A stretch of 64,000 nt of DNA from assembly GCA_001244265.2 (NCBI GenBank), contig CDLV01000008.1, forward strand, positions 682,001-746,000. The letters run 5' to 3'. Made by a program: the position numbers and the translations under genes. Positions 24,908 through 36,615 of this stretch are shown here, piece by piece (the stretch's first letter is position 1; every line of letters starts with the position of its first letter). Below the pieces are notes generated by a model. It saw nothing but the letters and a program-made list of their open reading frames with translations. It was not told the DNA's origin and did not search any database. Source of the stretch: Microbotryum violaceum (taxonomy: Eukaryota).

Positions 24908-27900
24908 ATGGCACCACTCTCCCCGAATGGCCATGGCACTGGCAACGGTACAAAGCGCCCTTTCGAAGCGGTCTCCCCCTCCGATTCGTCGTCGATCGTC
25001 GGCAGCACCATCAGCGCCGGGCCTTCGGCTTCAGCCTCCGTCTCCAGTCCGTCCAACACCTCGTCCTCTCTACCCCTCACAGCCGATACCTCGGCCGTAC
25101 CGACGCCTTTACCTCTTGAATCTGGCCGGGTGGGGAGGGATTCGTTGGCGGAACAGCACCAGAAGATCGTCAAAAAGTTGAAGTTGAAGTTTGGGGCGAC
25201 CAAGCAGCAACAGGCGTCCGAGCACGAGCAGGCGACGAATGAGGACCGCGCCGAGTTGGAGAGGAGGAGCGATCAGTTCCTGTGAGCCGGCACGGAGGAG
25301 TCAGATCTGGAGGAACCTCAGCGTATCGCATTTCGCTGAGCAAACTTACCTGATCACACAGTCGAGCCCACGCCTCGGTCTACCAAGCCCTTTTGCCCGG
25401 GAAGAACCATGTCACCGCCCTGCTCGAACAATTCCCGCCGGGCACCGTCCACCGCGAGGCCGTCCCCTATCGCCAATTGAGCCAACCCGAGACCATCAAG
25501 GGCGGCACCATGAAGGCGTACCAATTGACCGGGCTCAGCTTCCTCGCGTACATGTTCGAAAATGGCCAGAATTGTATTCTTGCGGACGAGTGAGTTGATG
25601 TTGGAGGATTTCCACATCTTATTGGGAGTAGCTGACCATGGGGACGTCTTGCTCGGAACAGGATGGGTTTGGGTAAGACGTTGCAAACGCTTTCGTTGTT
25701 GGCGTACCTCCACGAAACACATGGTGTCAAGGGTCCGCATTTGCTCGTCTGCCCCTTGTCCGTGCTCGGTGCTTGGATGACGGTCGGTTCTTCCACTGAA
25801 CAGTCACGTCCTGCTGCGATACTAATGCCACGGCCGCATGTCCAAACCCCCATAGGAGATTGCGCGGTGGCTTCCGACCTTTGTGAGTGCTCATATTTTC
25901 TAATATAAAGATCACGAGTCTCTTCAGACTGACATTCTCGAATGAATACCCCATCAGAGATCGCTCCGCTTCCACGGCCCCATGTCGGAACGAGGTCGCC
26001 TCAAGCACGACGCCACAACGCTTCAACCCGACCTGATCGTTACGACCTACGAAGCCTACACCGCCGAAGCCGGCTGGTTCAAGCACCGTCGTTGGGGCGT
26101 CTGCGTCCTCGACGAAGGGCACAAGATCAAGAACCACGAATCCAACGCCGCGCAAGCCTTGTTCGGTATCGGCGCGCAGATGCGCCTCATCCTTTCCGGA
26201 ACGCCGTTGCAGAACAACTTGATCGAGTTGTGGTCGCTGTTGCACTTTTTGGCGCCGCAGGTGTTCACGTCGATGACGCTTAAACCGTTCAAGGAGGCGT
26301 TCAATCTGACCCAGGGCTTGTACGACCAGTCGTTTCTCAAAAAATCGCAAAAGTTGTTGGAACTTATCATGCTGCGACGGACCAAGGAGGGGGTGAGGGA
26401 TGAATTGAGCGTGCCGAGGAGGGAGGAGATGACGCTTTATGTACCGCTTTCGCCTGCGCAGAGGTTTTGGTACACGAGGTTGTTGACCAGGGCCGATACG
26501 ATCACGTTGAATGAGATCTTTGCGACTGATCTGAGGGAAGGGCAAGCGATTCGACGAGGACGAGGATGGGCCAAAAGGCCTTCTGCGGCAGCGTCGGTTG
26601 CGGAAGAGGAGCCTGAGGTCAAGGCTTCCGATCAGGAGGTTGCGGGGGAGGATGAGGGGGATGCGGGTGTGAGGGATAATATTGAGAGGGCCATGGCCGC
26701 TTCCAAGGCGGGGGAAGGGAATGCTTGGATGAAGATGATGAACTTGTAAGTCCGTAAGAGCGAAGCATTGATGCTCCTTCCTGTTGATGACCTTGGCGGA
26801 CCCTCCTCCAGGCTCATGCAACTGCGCAAGTGCTGCAACCACCCTTACCTCCTGCCCAACGCCGAAGCCGAGCCGTTCGAAGTTGCCGAACACCTCGTCG
26901 CCGCTTCGAGCAAACTTGTCCTCCTCGACAAGTTGCTCGCCGATATCTTGCCCAAGGGGGAGAAAGTGCTCATCTTTAGTGGCTTTACGCGCATGCTCGA
27001 TATCTTGGAGGACTTTATGCAATTGCGTGGCTTCAAGTGTGAGTTTCGCTTTCGCACCGAATACATGGCAAAGGTAACGTGGCTGATGATGTGCTCCGTT
27101 TTCTTTTCCATGTAGACGCTCGATTGGATGGAAGCACTTCGCGCCCCCGCCGAGCACTCGACATCAAACTGTTTCAACAGCAAAACTCGCCTTACCAAGT
27201 CTACCTCGTCTCGACGCGCGCCGGAGGCCTCGGCATCAACCTGACCGCCGCGACGACGGTCGTCCTCGTCGACCAAGACTGGAACCCGCAAGTCGACATC
27301 CAAGCCATCTCTCGAGCGCACCGGATCGGACAGACCAAGACCGTTCAAGTGTATCGATTGGTGTGCCAGGATTCGGTGGAGGAACAGGCGTTGACGAGGT
27401 TGAGGAAGAAGTTGTACCTCTCTGCCAAGGTGATGGGATCGATGAAGAACGCTGCCGATCGGGCGGCGGATGAGGAATTGGATGGGCCGATCAATGAGGT
27501 GGAGAAGACGGAGGATGATGCACCTAGGATGACGAGGGGGGAGCTGGCGCAGATTTTGAGAGGCGGGGCAGGGGCGTTGGCGAGGTGGGGTTCGGTGGAA
27601 GGCACGGATGCGTTCACCGAGTTCAAGTCTCTTTCGTTCGCGGAGTTGAGGGCACGTGGGAAGGCGCGTGATGAGAAGAAGGAGGTTGGGATCAAGGTCG
27701 AGATTGGGGAGACAATCACGCCTGAGCAGAAAGCGCAATTGGAGAAGGAGGAGGAAGAGGCCGAGCGCCTCTTGTTACAGGGGAAGGAAGCGGTGCAGGC
27801 GCGCAAGTTCGAAGGGTCCATGTACAAGGCCACCAACGCCGAGATCCGCAGAGAGTGGCAAGAGACGATGGCAAGGTCGAGGGACAGTCGGACGGTCGAG

Positions 27901-28610
27901 ATTGATGGGCAGATGGTGCTCAAGGAGACCATCGCGAATGGGCAATGGGAGGCCGTCAAGACCATCACCAGCGACCCCAAGGCCCTCAAGAAGTTGCAGA
28001 ACACTAAGCGCCAGCGCAAGAAGTTTGATCATGAGGATGTGAGCCACATAATGACGTAGTTGGTGAAGAGAAGGATGGTACTGATTCCTCACGAGTTCTC
28101 GTTCGGCAGTTCTGCATGGTGTGCAAGGACGGAGGAGAGGTTTACCAATGCGCATCCTGCCCTCGTTCTTGCCACGGACCCTGCACCGAAGTGAGTGCCT
28201 TAAAGTGACCTGTTGAAACAAGCTATCGGTACTGATCCATCTCTTCCCTGTTTGGTCTCTACCAGTACTCGGAAGCCGATCTCCACGCGATGATGAGCTG
28301 GTTCTGCCCCCAACACAACTGCACCGTCTGCCACCGTTCGACGCAAGAAGCCGGCGGGCTCCTCTTCCGTTGCCAACTGTGCCCCGTTTCGCTTTGCGAG
28401 GACTGTCTACCCCCCGACGAGATCGATGCAGTTGGCGACGTCTTGCCCGAATTTGCCCTTCTGGGATGCGGGAAGAGGTCGCAGGCGTTCTTTATTCGCT
28501 GTGCAGAATGCGTCGAGTACCTCCAGACGGAGCCGCAGGCGAAGGCGAACTTTGAAAGGGAACAGGCCGAGGTGTTGGAGAAGTGCAAGGCCGCGGGGAT
28601 CGAGCTGTGA
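24908..28610 (+). CDS. SNF2-family chromatin-remodelling ATPase (ISWI-like motor) with C-terminal PHD-like Cys/His fingers
   Basis: ILADE|MGLGKTLQ, LDEGHKIKN, SGTPLQNNLIELW, MQLRKCCNHPYL, STRAGGLGINL, DWNPQVDIQAISRAHRIGQ; C-terminal CMVCKDGG..CASCPRSCH..C and WFCPQHNCTVC...CQLCP..CEDC. Confidence 0.92.
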
Positions 28611-28921
28611 TTTGCTCACTTTGGTTTTCATCGTTATGGTGGTATTGCTTGCTCGTATTGCACCCCTTGGACCCTTGCTGTGGGATGCGCCCTGCCCCTA
28701 TTTTTTGGGCGTAGTCGTCCCTGCAGTGACTTCTTTTCTCACCATAGATTATCTCGCACTCGTCCTCCATGTTATATCACAGCAGACCCACGTTCTCGCT
28801 CTGTATCATCGTTGGTTTTATCGAACGCTTCTGAGGAAAGAGTGAAACACAGTTGCAAAAAGAAAAGCGAACGAAAGCTGCGGAAATGCGAAACAAAGCG
28901 AAAGTGACCTTCGTAAGCCTA

Positions 28922-31900
28922 TCAGACCCCTAACTTATCCCTCACGTCCTGTGGAATCGATTCAGCTTGCACCCTCGCTTCACTACCCTGTGGAAGCTTG
29001 GCGACGAAGTTCTTCAATTCGGTGCAGAGGGATTCCTCGAGGGTTGGGGGTAGGGTCTCTTGTTGGAGGGTTTGGACGAGGACGTTGAGGATGTGCGTTG
29101 CGACGGTGGGGGAGGTAGTGGAGGGGTGGTTGCTGATCCGGATAGGGAAGGGAAAGGAGTCAGTACAATGACGGCCAAAGATGGGAAGGGTTGTTGAAAC
29201 TTGCGTATGTAACAAGTCAATCAAGAGCGGGTAGACGTGCTCGAACTCATCTTCATCGACGAGGATCGGGAGAGCGAGCACCCATCGTTCAAGGATGGGT
29301 TCGATCGTCGCGGGTGGGGAACGGCGTATGATCTTGCTCACTGTGGTACGCACGCGGGTCCAGAATCAGCAAACGGTTCATCAGTATTCTTGCGCATCGA
29401 CGTGTACTCACAAGCGCTAACGGCGTTGTCCCGAGCGGCGAGAACGGCCGGATCCTGTTCGAGGTCCGATGGGTCGATCGCGGCGATCGCGGTGAACAAG
29501 GAATCGACGAGGTTGATGGCCCAGGGTTGGAGGGACGAGGGGGCACGTTCAACGGCGATGCCGACAGCATAGGCGGAGACGCGGCGGATGGTTGGGTCTA
29601 GGATATCGCACGGAGGAGATTGAGTGATCGTGGAAGTTTAGATGGTGAATGAGGAGGAAAAAACTTACTCTCATCATGTAATCGCGCAGCAAGAGCGTTC
29701 AAATACGGTTGAACAGTTTTTACGGCCCGCTCCCCCAATTGATCCAACATGTCGCACACCAATCTTAACCCAAACTGCGCCGCATTCAACCTCTGTCCTG
29801 AAGGCGTCGCAATGACCTTCAAAGCCGGTTCGAAAACCGCCAAAGGGAATGTCGTACTCGTCGTCGAAGTGCCGACGTCCAAAGACTGGACGTCATGTTG
29901 CTTCATCAATTCCTTGACGACGACGTTGATCCCGTAATACACCTGTTTCTCTCCTTCCTCGATCTCTAGCACTTCTTCATCGAGGTATTCCGCATCTTCC
30001 TCCTGCTCCCCTCCTCGTTCGTACTGTCGTTCTTGTTCCCTTCGAGCCAAATCGACGAATTGCCCTTCCATAGCCCGAATGCACAAGTTCCTCGAATCGA
30101 CCCTCAACGTTCCACGAGGGAAACTCGTATACACCGTCGCGATCGACGACAAAGCGGTCGCGAGGAATTCGGCGTCCGTATCGCTGCACAGATGAGGTGC
30201 CAACGCGTCCGAACAGTTTGAACAGATGAAGGTCCTTTCCTCCGCGTTCAAAGGGTGTAAAGCCAACGACTGTACGGTGACAGCGATCAAAGCTGCAGCC
30301 GCTTCCCTGATCCCGATATGCCAAACAAAATTGAGCAAAGGCAAGGTCGTTTGCACGACTTGTTGAAGTTCGGGTAAAGGTAAGGTCACGCCTAATGTGC
30401 TGACGAGCGAAATGAGATTTTGCACGGCTTCGAGTTTATCGTCCACTGCGGAGGTGCGGATCGAGACCGTTTTGCCATCGACGAGAACGGATTCCCAATC
30501 GTCTTCGCCTTCTTCGTTGTATTCGGATGGAAGAGGTTCGCCTAGTTCTCCGATCGTGACTTGGGCATCTTGAGCTGCCCGCTTCAATAGTTGGGGAAAG
30601 GTCTCGTTAATGTAAGGCGCGAAAGCCTCGGCCCCGACCGTAGCGGCGAGATGGCAGAACGCCGTAAGGAGATAAGGTCGGGTGACTTGATCGTCTTCGG
30701 GGAGTGACTTGGAAATGTTCTGCATCGCTTTGATCAGACGGGTTGCGTCGGGTTCGAAGACGGAAAGGTCTACAGCTGCGGCGATGTTGGATGCGCAGTC
30801 GAGGGCTTGGGCTCGTAAAGTCTCGATCTCGGGTGAGGCTTCGGTCTCGAGGAGGCGTAGGAGGTGGGGCATGATTTCCGTGTAGTACTTGGTTGTGAAG
30901 TATGCAATCAAGATTAGTGCGACTGTCTTGATGATCACCTCCGACAAGTGACTTACGGGAGCAAACTCCTCCTCCATGTAAGCCGCCACGACCGTCAACG
31001 CCTCCAGCGCATTGCCTTGAACGAACGTCGATCCCGTTTGAAGCAAATGCAACAAACCACGCATGACGTCGGGCAAGAAAGGTTTCAGGGGCTCGACAAC
31101 CTCTGTAGCTCGGAAAAAGTTGACGCAAGCCGCGGCGGCGAAGGCTTGTAATCTGCTTTCGGGGAGTACAATCGTCAGCGCAGAACGCTCTCGCGTTGTG
31201 GGCGCTCTACGAGAGCACGCACCGCGGTTCTTGACCGAGCATATTGCTGACAAATACACGCAATACCTGTTGCCCGAATTCAGCTTGAACTTGGTCTTCG
31301 AGATCCGTGCACAGTTGTCCGAGCGCGTAAATGATTGCGTAGTGAACTCGAGGATGATCATCACCTGTCAACGCCACGATCGCGCTAATGGATGACACTC
31401 ATCGTCAGTCTTTTTGCAGTGCAGTGCTTGGAAAGTCTGCTCGGTGAAACTCACTTGATGATCTGCTCCAAATTACCTTGCATCTGCACCCTACACCCTT
31501 CCGCAATCGCCGCAATAGCACTCAAACCGGCACTCTTGACTTGCCACGTCTTGTCCTTCCCGAGCAACTTCCCCAAGTTCTCTTGAACAGCACCGAAGAC
31601 GTCCTTCCCCAAGCGTTGGGCAAATCGATCGAGACTTTGTTCGGCGATCGTCGCGATCGTATCATCCTCTTCGATGTCTTTGATCACTTCCTTTCCAAGC
31701 CACTCGGGATCGTCCTCACGCTCCTTCATCAAGTCGAGACAAATCTCCACGATCATGGGAGTGAAATTACCTGCGGTTCGAATCAAAGTCGGTGCGGTCT
31801 CGGCGAGAGAAACGAGGAGTTCGAGAGCCGAGGCACGAATATTCTCGTCATAGGTTTCGGGGGATTGGATGATGGAGGTGCAAAAGTGGGTTAAAGCGGT

Positions 31901-32906
31901 GACGTGGGGTTTGAATACGCGCGAGGCGAGACGAGGGATTGAGGCGAGTTCGATCATTTCGAGTAAAGCGGTCGTGAGGGGTCGGTCGTCGCTTGCTGCT
32001 GAGACGGTCAATGCCGGTAGGATCTGGAACGAGAACATTCAGGTCAGGAGCGGGTTCGTGTGGGTGCGCATGGCCAAAACTGACCTCGAGCATGCCTGTA
32101 ATCAGCTCGGTATAGCTCTGCAACTTGCTCGGCGGTTCGAGTACTTGCAACAACTTGCTCGCCGCCTGCAACGCCGCCAACCGAGTATAGATCGCCGGAT
32201 CCTGCAACCCTCGGAGTAGACCCTGGCTTGCGGTGGTGGGGGGCTCTTGTTCGAGTAGGTCGATGCATTCGGCGTAGAGACGGAAGCAGGATTCTCGCAA
32301 TGAAGGGGAGGGGGAGGAGAAGAGTTGTGATAGTACCGAGGCGAACTGGGGCCAGGGTCCTGAAAGTAAGTGTGAGAATGCGATAAAATTAATACGCGAG
32401 TGATGATGTGTGTCAGAGATCTCACTACTTGCTGACCGACCTGGCTGATTGAGTTTATAAACTTCGGCGATCGTATCGCACAGAGCCTTGCGCTCGGCAC
32501 CAGGTCTCATATCGCTCTTGCCCAGAACGCCAAGGAGCCTATTCTCGATGAGATCCTTGGTGTGGAGAGGGAGCGTGGACCATCTCGGACCCAAGAGGGC
32601 TGGATGGGTCGGGGCTTGATCATGATCGTGGTCGTCGCGCTGTCGCCTTGCTTCGAGGTCGAGCACGGTTGGGCTCTGCAGCGCTGTCCTACGGAGGATG
32701 ATGAGCGCTTGTACGCGACGTGGTGAGGTACCCTGGAGAGAGGTGGCAATGTGCACCAGGGCCAGGAGCGTTTGCGCGGTGTTGGAGGGGCACAGGAGCT
32801 CAGAGTGGAGGTGCGCTTCGGCCGTCGTGCGCAACGAGCTCGTCGGGGAGGACAGCCGGTCCAAGGTCTCGGTGAGATCCGCGATCAGCGCTGGACTGGG
32901 TTCCAT
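28922..32906 (-). CDS. PSE1: Importin beta-3 / importin-5 (Kap121/Pse1) HEAT-repeat karyopherin
   Basis: AEQSLDRFA, WQVKSAGLSAIAAIAEGC, DDHPRVHYA...LGQLCTD, RLQAFAAAACVNF, WESVLVDGKTVSIRTSAVDDK motifs follow importin-5. Confidence 0.85.
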
Positions 32907-33700
32907 CCTGTCTGCGCCTTGATATTGCCGAGGTGGTTGCGTGGCGTGAATGGGGACGTGCTGGATCTGGCCTCTGACGGGGTCTCGAACGTGGCGGTCG
33001 TCGTGCGAAGGACGATCCTGAGCCTGAACACCGGGCTTCGGCGCGTCACTACTGCCACCAGCTGAGTTTGCTGAGCGTGCAGTGATTCCAAAGAATATCA
33101 GGATCATCGCTGTTGGAGAGGAGAACAAAAGGAACAGATTGATAGCACTAGTCCGAATACAAATGAAACTTTCTTCCAATCGAAACAAACCTGGCTCACA
33201 CCTTTACCATGGTCGACCTTTCAGTTTCAGGTCAAGATTTTGCTTCAACTTCTTGCGACGCGGTCCGGTCCAAGACTCGGAGTGCAGCTGCTCTGCCTTC
33301 CCACTGCTCTCGAATTATTACAGGCAACTCACACCCCGAGTCATTTCAGTGAACATCCCGTCTCTCCGGCTTTTGTTTTTCAAAGTCCGACCCTCTGCGT
33401 CGCGAGTCGACTACGCGAGTCACGTGCCTCAAGCCCGCGTCAACACGGTGAGGACGGCCATCTAACCCCCCTGTCGCCTGGTACCGCATACAACAAACCC
33501 AGAGTCTTCCGTGATCACACTTGGGATCGACAGTTGGACCCTCCCCGGTAGAAACGCACCATTTGCGACGCGTCAAGGCTCCTAGAAGCCGGCATTAGAT
33601 CATCACCTAACCTTGGCCCGGGGTCCAGTTCGACGCGCGTGCAGGCACAGCAGCGTTCCCCTCCGTTCACACTTGACTCGGCGTCCACCGTTCACCCACC

Positions 33701-36214
33701 ATGATCCGAAGAACGTACGCCACCTCAGCTGAATTGGAAGCCATCGCCGCCCCCACCCCTCCACCACAACAGCAGCAACAACAGCCTCCAGGAGCGCAGC
33801 CTCCCGCCTCGTCTTTGTCGTCGTCGGTGCATATCAACACCTTGCTCGAGGCGACGATCCCTGAACTGGAAGAGGAACCGACGATGGCTTATTTGCAGGA
33901 GGAGAAGACGTCTGTGCGGGTAGAGGAAGGGGAGATTGTTGAGATGGTTGGGGAAGGCGTCGATCAACAAATGGGTTCCTCGGGTCAGTAGCAGACTAGG
34001 TGCTCTGTTTGAACACCTCGATCCTAATACGAGACTTCAACCCCTAGAACCTATCAACAACTCACCTGCAGCAACCCTGCGCCTCCCAAGTCTCAGTTCC
34101 TCCCTCAATTCGCTGCCCAAACGACCCCTATCCTCCCAGATCCCGACCCCTCACTCCCGCCGCGCATCCCACTCTCCCGACCGCAAACACCGTCGCAGCA
34201 ACTCCCTCACCTCCGAAACTGGTTCGCTCCTTGCTCTTCCTGTGGCGGCTCAATTGCATGTTTTGAAAGCGAGGAATACGACCCTTGAAGCCACGGTCAC
34301 CAATCGGACGGCTCAGCATCAGTTGGCGATGTTTAAAGCAACTTCGAGGATCGCTTCGCTTGAGAAGGCGTTGGCCGAACAACAGGCCACAAAGAAGGTC
34401 GAAACAGACGGACAGGATCCTTCGACGACGATCTCCCAACAAGCCGCGGCTTTAGCTCAAGATGCCGAAGGATGGCAAGCCGAAGCCCAACGACTACAAC
34501 TCGAACTCGACTCCCTCTCGACCTCGCAAAAAACCGAACACGATCGTATCTCCTACGAGTTGGAACTTGAGAAGAGCAAGAAGAAAACCTATCGATTCTT
34601 GTGCACCAAGTTGAGATCGGAATTGCACAATAGGAAGGCCAAGGAGAAGTGGGACTTGGGCGTGATGGATGCGGCCGATCGGGCGAGGGATGTGAATGAG
34701 GTGCAGTTGGAGGCAACGATTGCGACGTTGAGGATGCAGGTGGGCATTGCAAAGGTGGATGCGGAGGAGTTGCAGGTACGACTGTGTCGACTTGTTTTTA
34801 TAACGTGGATCGGAGAGGCAGCGACTGATTTCTTGGGTCTGTTCGATCATAGGAAACGATCCACCGACAGAGAAAGAAGATCTCGGCACTGAGTGCCTCT
34901 CGTTCCATGTTGCTCAACAGCGTCAACGCGTGCGAAGCGACCATCTCGGCATTACGATCTGAAATGAACCTCGCTAAAACAGGGTTCACCAAGGAGAAGA
35001 AGGCGTTACAAATGGAAGTGAATGCCTTGAAATCCTCGTTGAAAGACGTGAAAGAAAGGGAGGTCGAGTTGGAGAACAGTGTGGAGGAGATGGCAGAGTT
35101 GAAGATGGAGATCAAGGCGTTAAAGGCCGAGGCGTTGAGGTTGGAGAAGGGGGAGAAGAGGAGCGAGTCGAAGGATGCCAAGGAGTTGGGAGAGGTGAGA
35201 AAGAGTTTGGAGAAGGAGAAGACGAAGAGGGAACAGATGGAGGTGGAGGTCAAGGAGGTGAAGGTTAGTTGCGACTCGGATCATGGGTTTTGCAGCATTA
35301 GCTGACCCTGTTTGGATGTGTCATCTCAGGCTTTGCTCAAGTCGACTCAGGTGGAGCTCAAAGATGCTCAAAGGAGCGCAGCATTGAAGAGCCAAGCCCC
35401 TGCACTATCCGCCACGTCAAATGTGGCTCGAAAGTCACGTGCAGTAGTCCAGGTCGCGTCCGACCCCGTGGTAGCGTCCGAACCCGAAGACAACGACGAC
35501 GACGAGGAGGAGGAGGAGCAGGAGAAGGAAGTGCCAGCCCCCGTCGTCAAAGCGAAGAAGACATCGACCAAACTCGCCCCCGTCGTCGATGAGCCAGTTT
35601 CCGACGACCAAGGTGGCGAAGTGTACAAGCCACAGAAATCGAGGTCTCGGTCGGTCGCTCTGCCTCAAAAGACCAAAGCCATCATCGCCGCTGCTACAGT
35701 GGACGTCGAGTCCGAACGTGAAGGCGTTGCTGCATCCAAGAAGCGTAAGATGTTGGGTGACAAGAGTGGGAACACGTCGACGAGTCCCAAGAGGGATGAG
35801 CTGACGGCTTTGCAGCCTGAGAAGATGAAAGTTGCCGTCAAGGCCAAGACGGCAAAGATGGGGTTAAAGGAGGTTTTGGTGGAACAGGCTGCGGAGGAGG
35901 AGGAGGAGGAGGAGTCGACGGCGCCAAAGAAGAAAAAGAAGAGGACGCTGTTTGGGGGAGGTGGCAAGTTCGCTTGGGATCTGATCGAGGTAAGTTGGGC
36001 TTTCTTGTCAGGACGGGCAAGTATGTATCGAAGCTGACAGCTACTGTGCTGGCTACTGTAACAGAACGCTGACGTTAATAGTCTTGGGTTGCCGAGTCAC
36101 CTATCACCTATCAAGGGTGGTGGGGGTTTGGGTCTGGGTGGTACTCGACCCGCCACGACGCTTGGGATCCTGGGCCGCGGTTTGACGGGTGGCCGCAAGT
36201 CGATTTTTTCATGA
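33701..36214 (+). CDS. Large coiled-coil protein with basic C-terminal motif; function unknown
   Basis: Spliced ORFs 33701, 33936, 34907 and 35312 are heptad-rich in E/K/L; the protein ends KKKKKRTLFGGGGKFAW...LPSHLSPIKGG...SIFS*. Confidence 0.75.
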
Positions 36215-36615
36215 GCGATGTCGGGGGCGTCTAAGCGGCGGCCTCGGCGTCCGGGCGGACTACTAAATAAACTAGTGCCTTTTTCGAGTTTCTTTTTTTG
36301 CCCATCGTCTTGCTTGGGTCTTTTTTCCATTAATACCCTTTTTGTGATCTCTTTTTTTGTCTCTTTGTTTTACGTTACATTACGTGTCATGTGTGCATGC
36401 GTATGTGCGCAGGTGAAATGTATTCCACTCGGTGGGTGAGGTGAGCTGCGGCGGCTATTCCGTCGGTGTGTGGGCGGCTATGTATTATGATTCACGTGCC
36501 CGCTCGCGCTCGTGCCCGGAACACGCCGCCCGCCGCCCGCCGATTTTGAATGCCGGAACTTGCTTCAGCCTTCTTCCCCGCTGAGCTGCGTTCCTGAGCT
36601 CCCTCGTCGCCATCG

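Noticed and set aside
25727-28019. Long minus-strand ORFs (476, 297 and 224 aa)
   Set aside because: Antisense to the SNF2 ATPase exons; expected from codon bias in GC-rich DNA.
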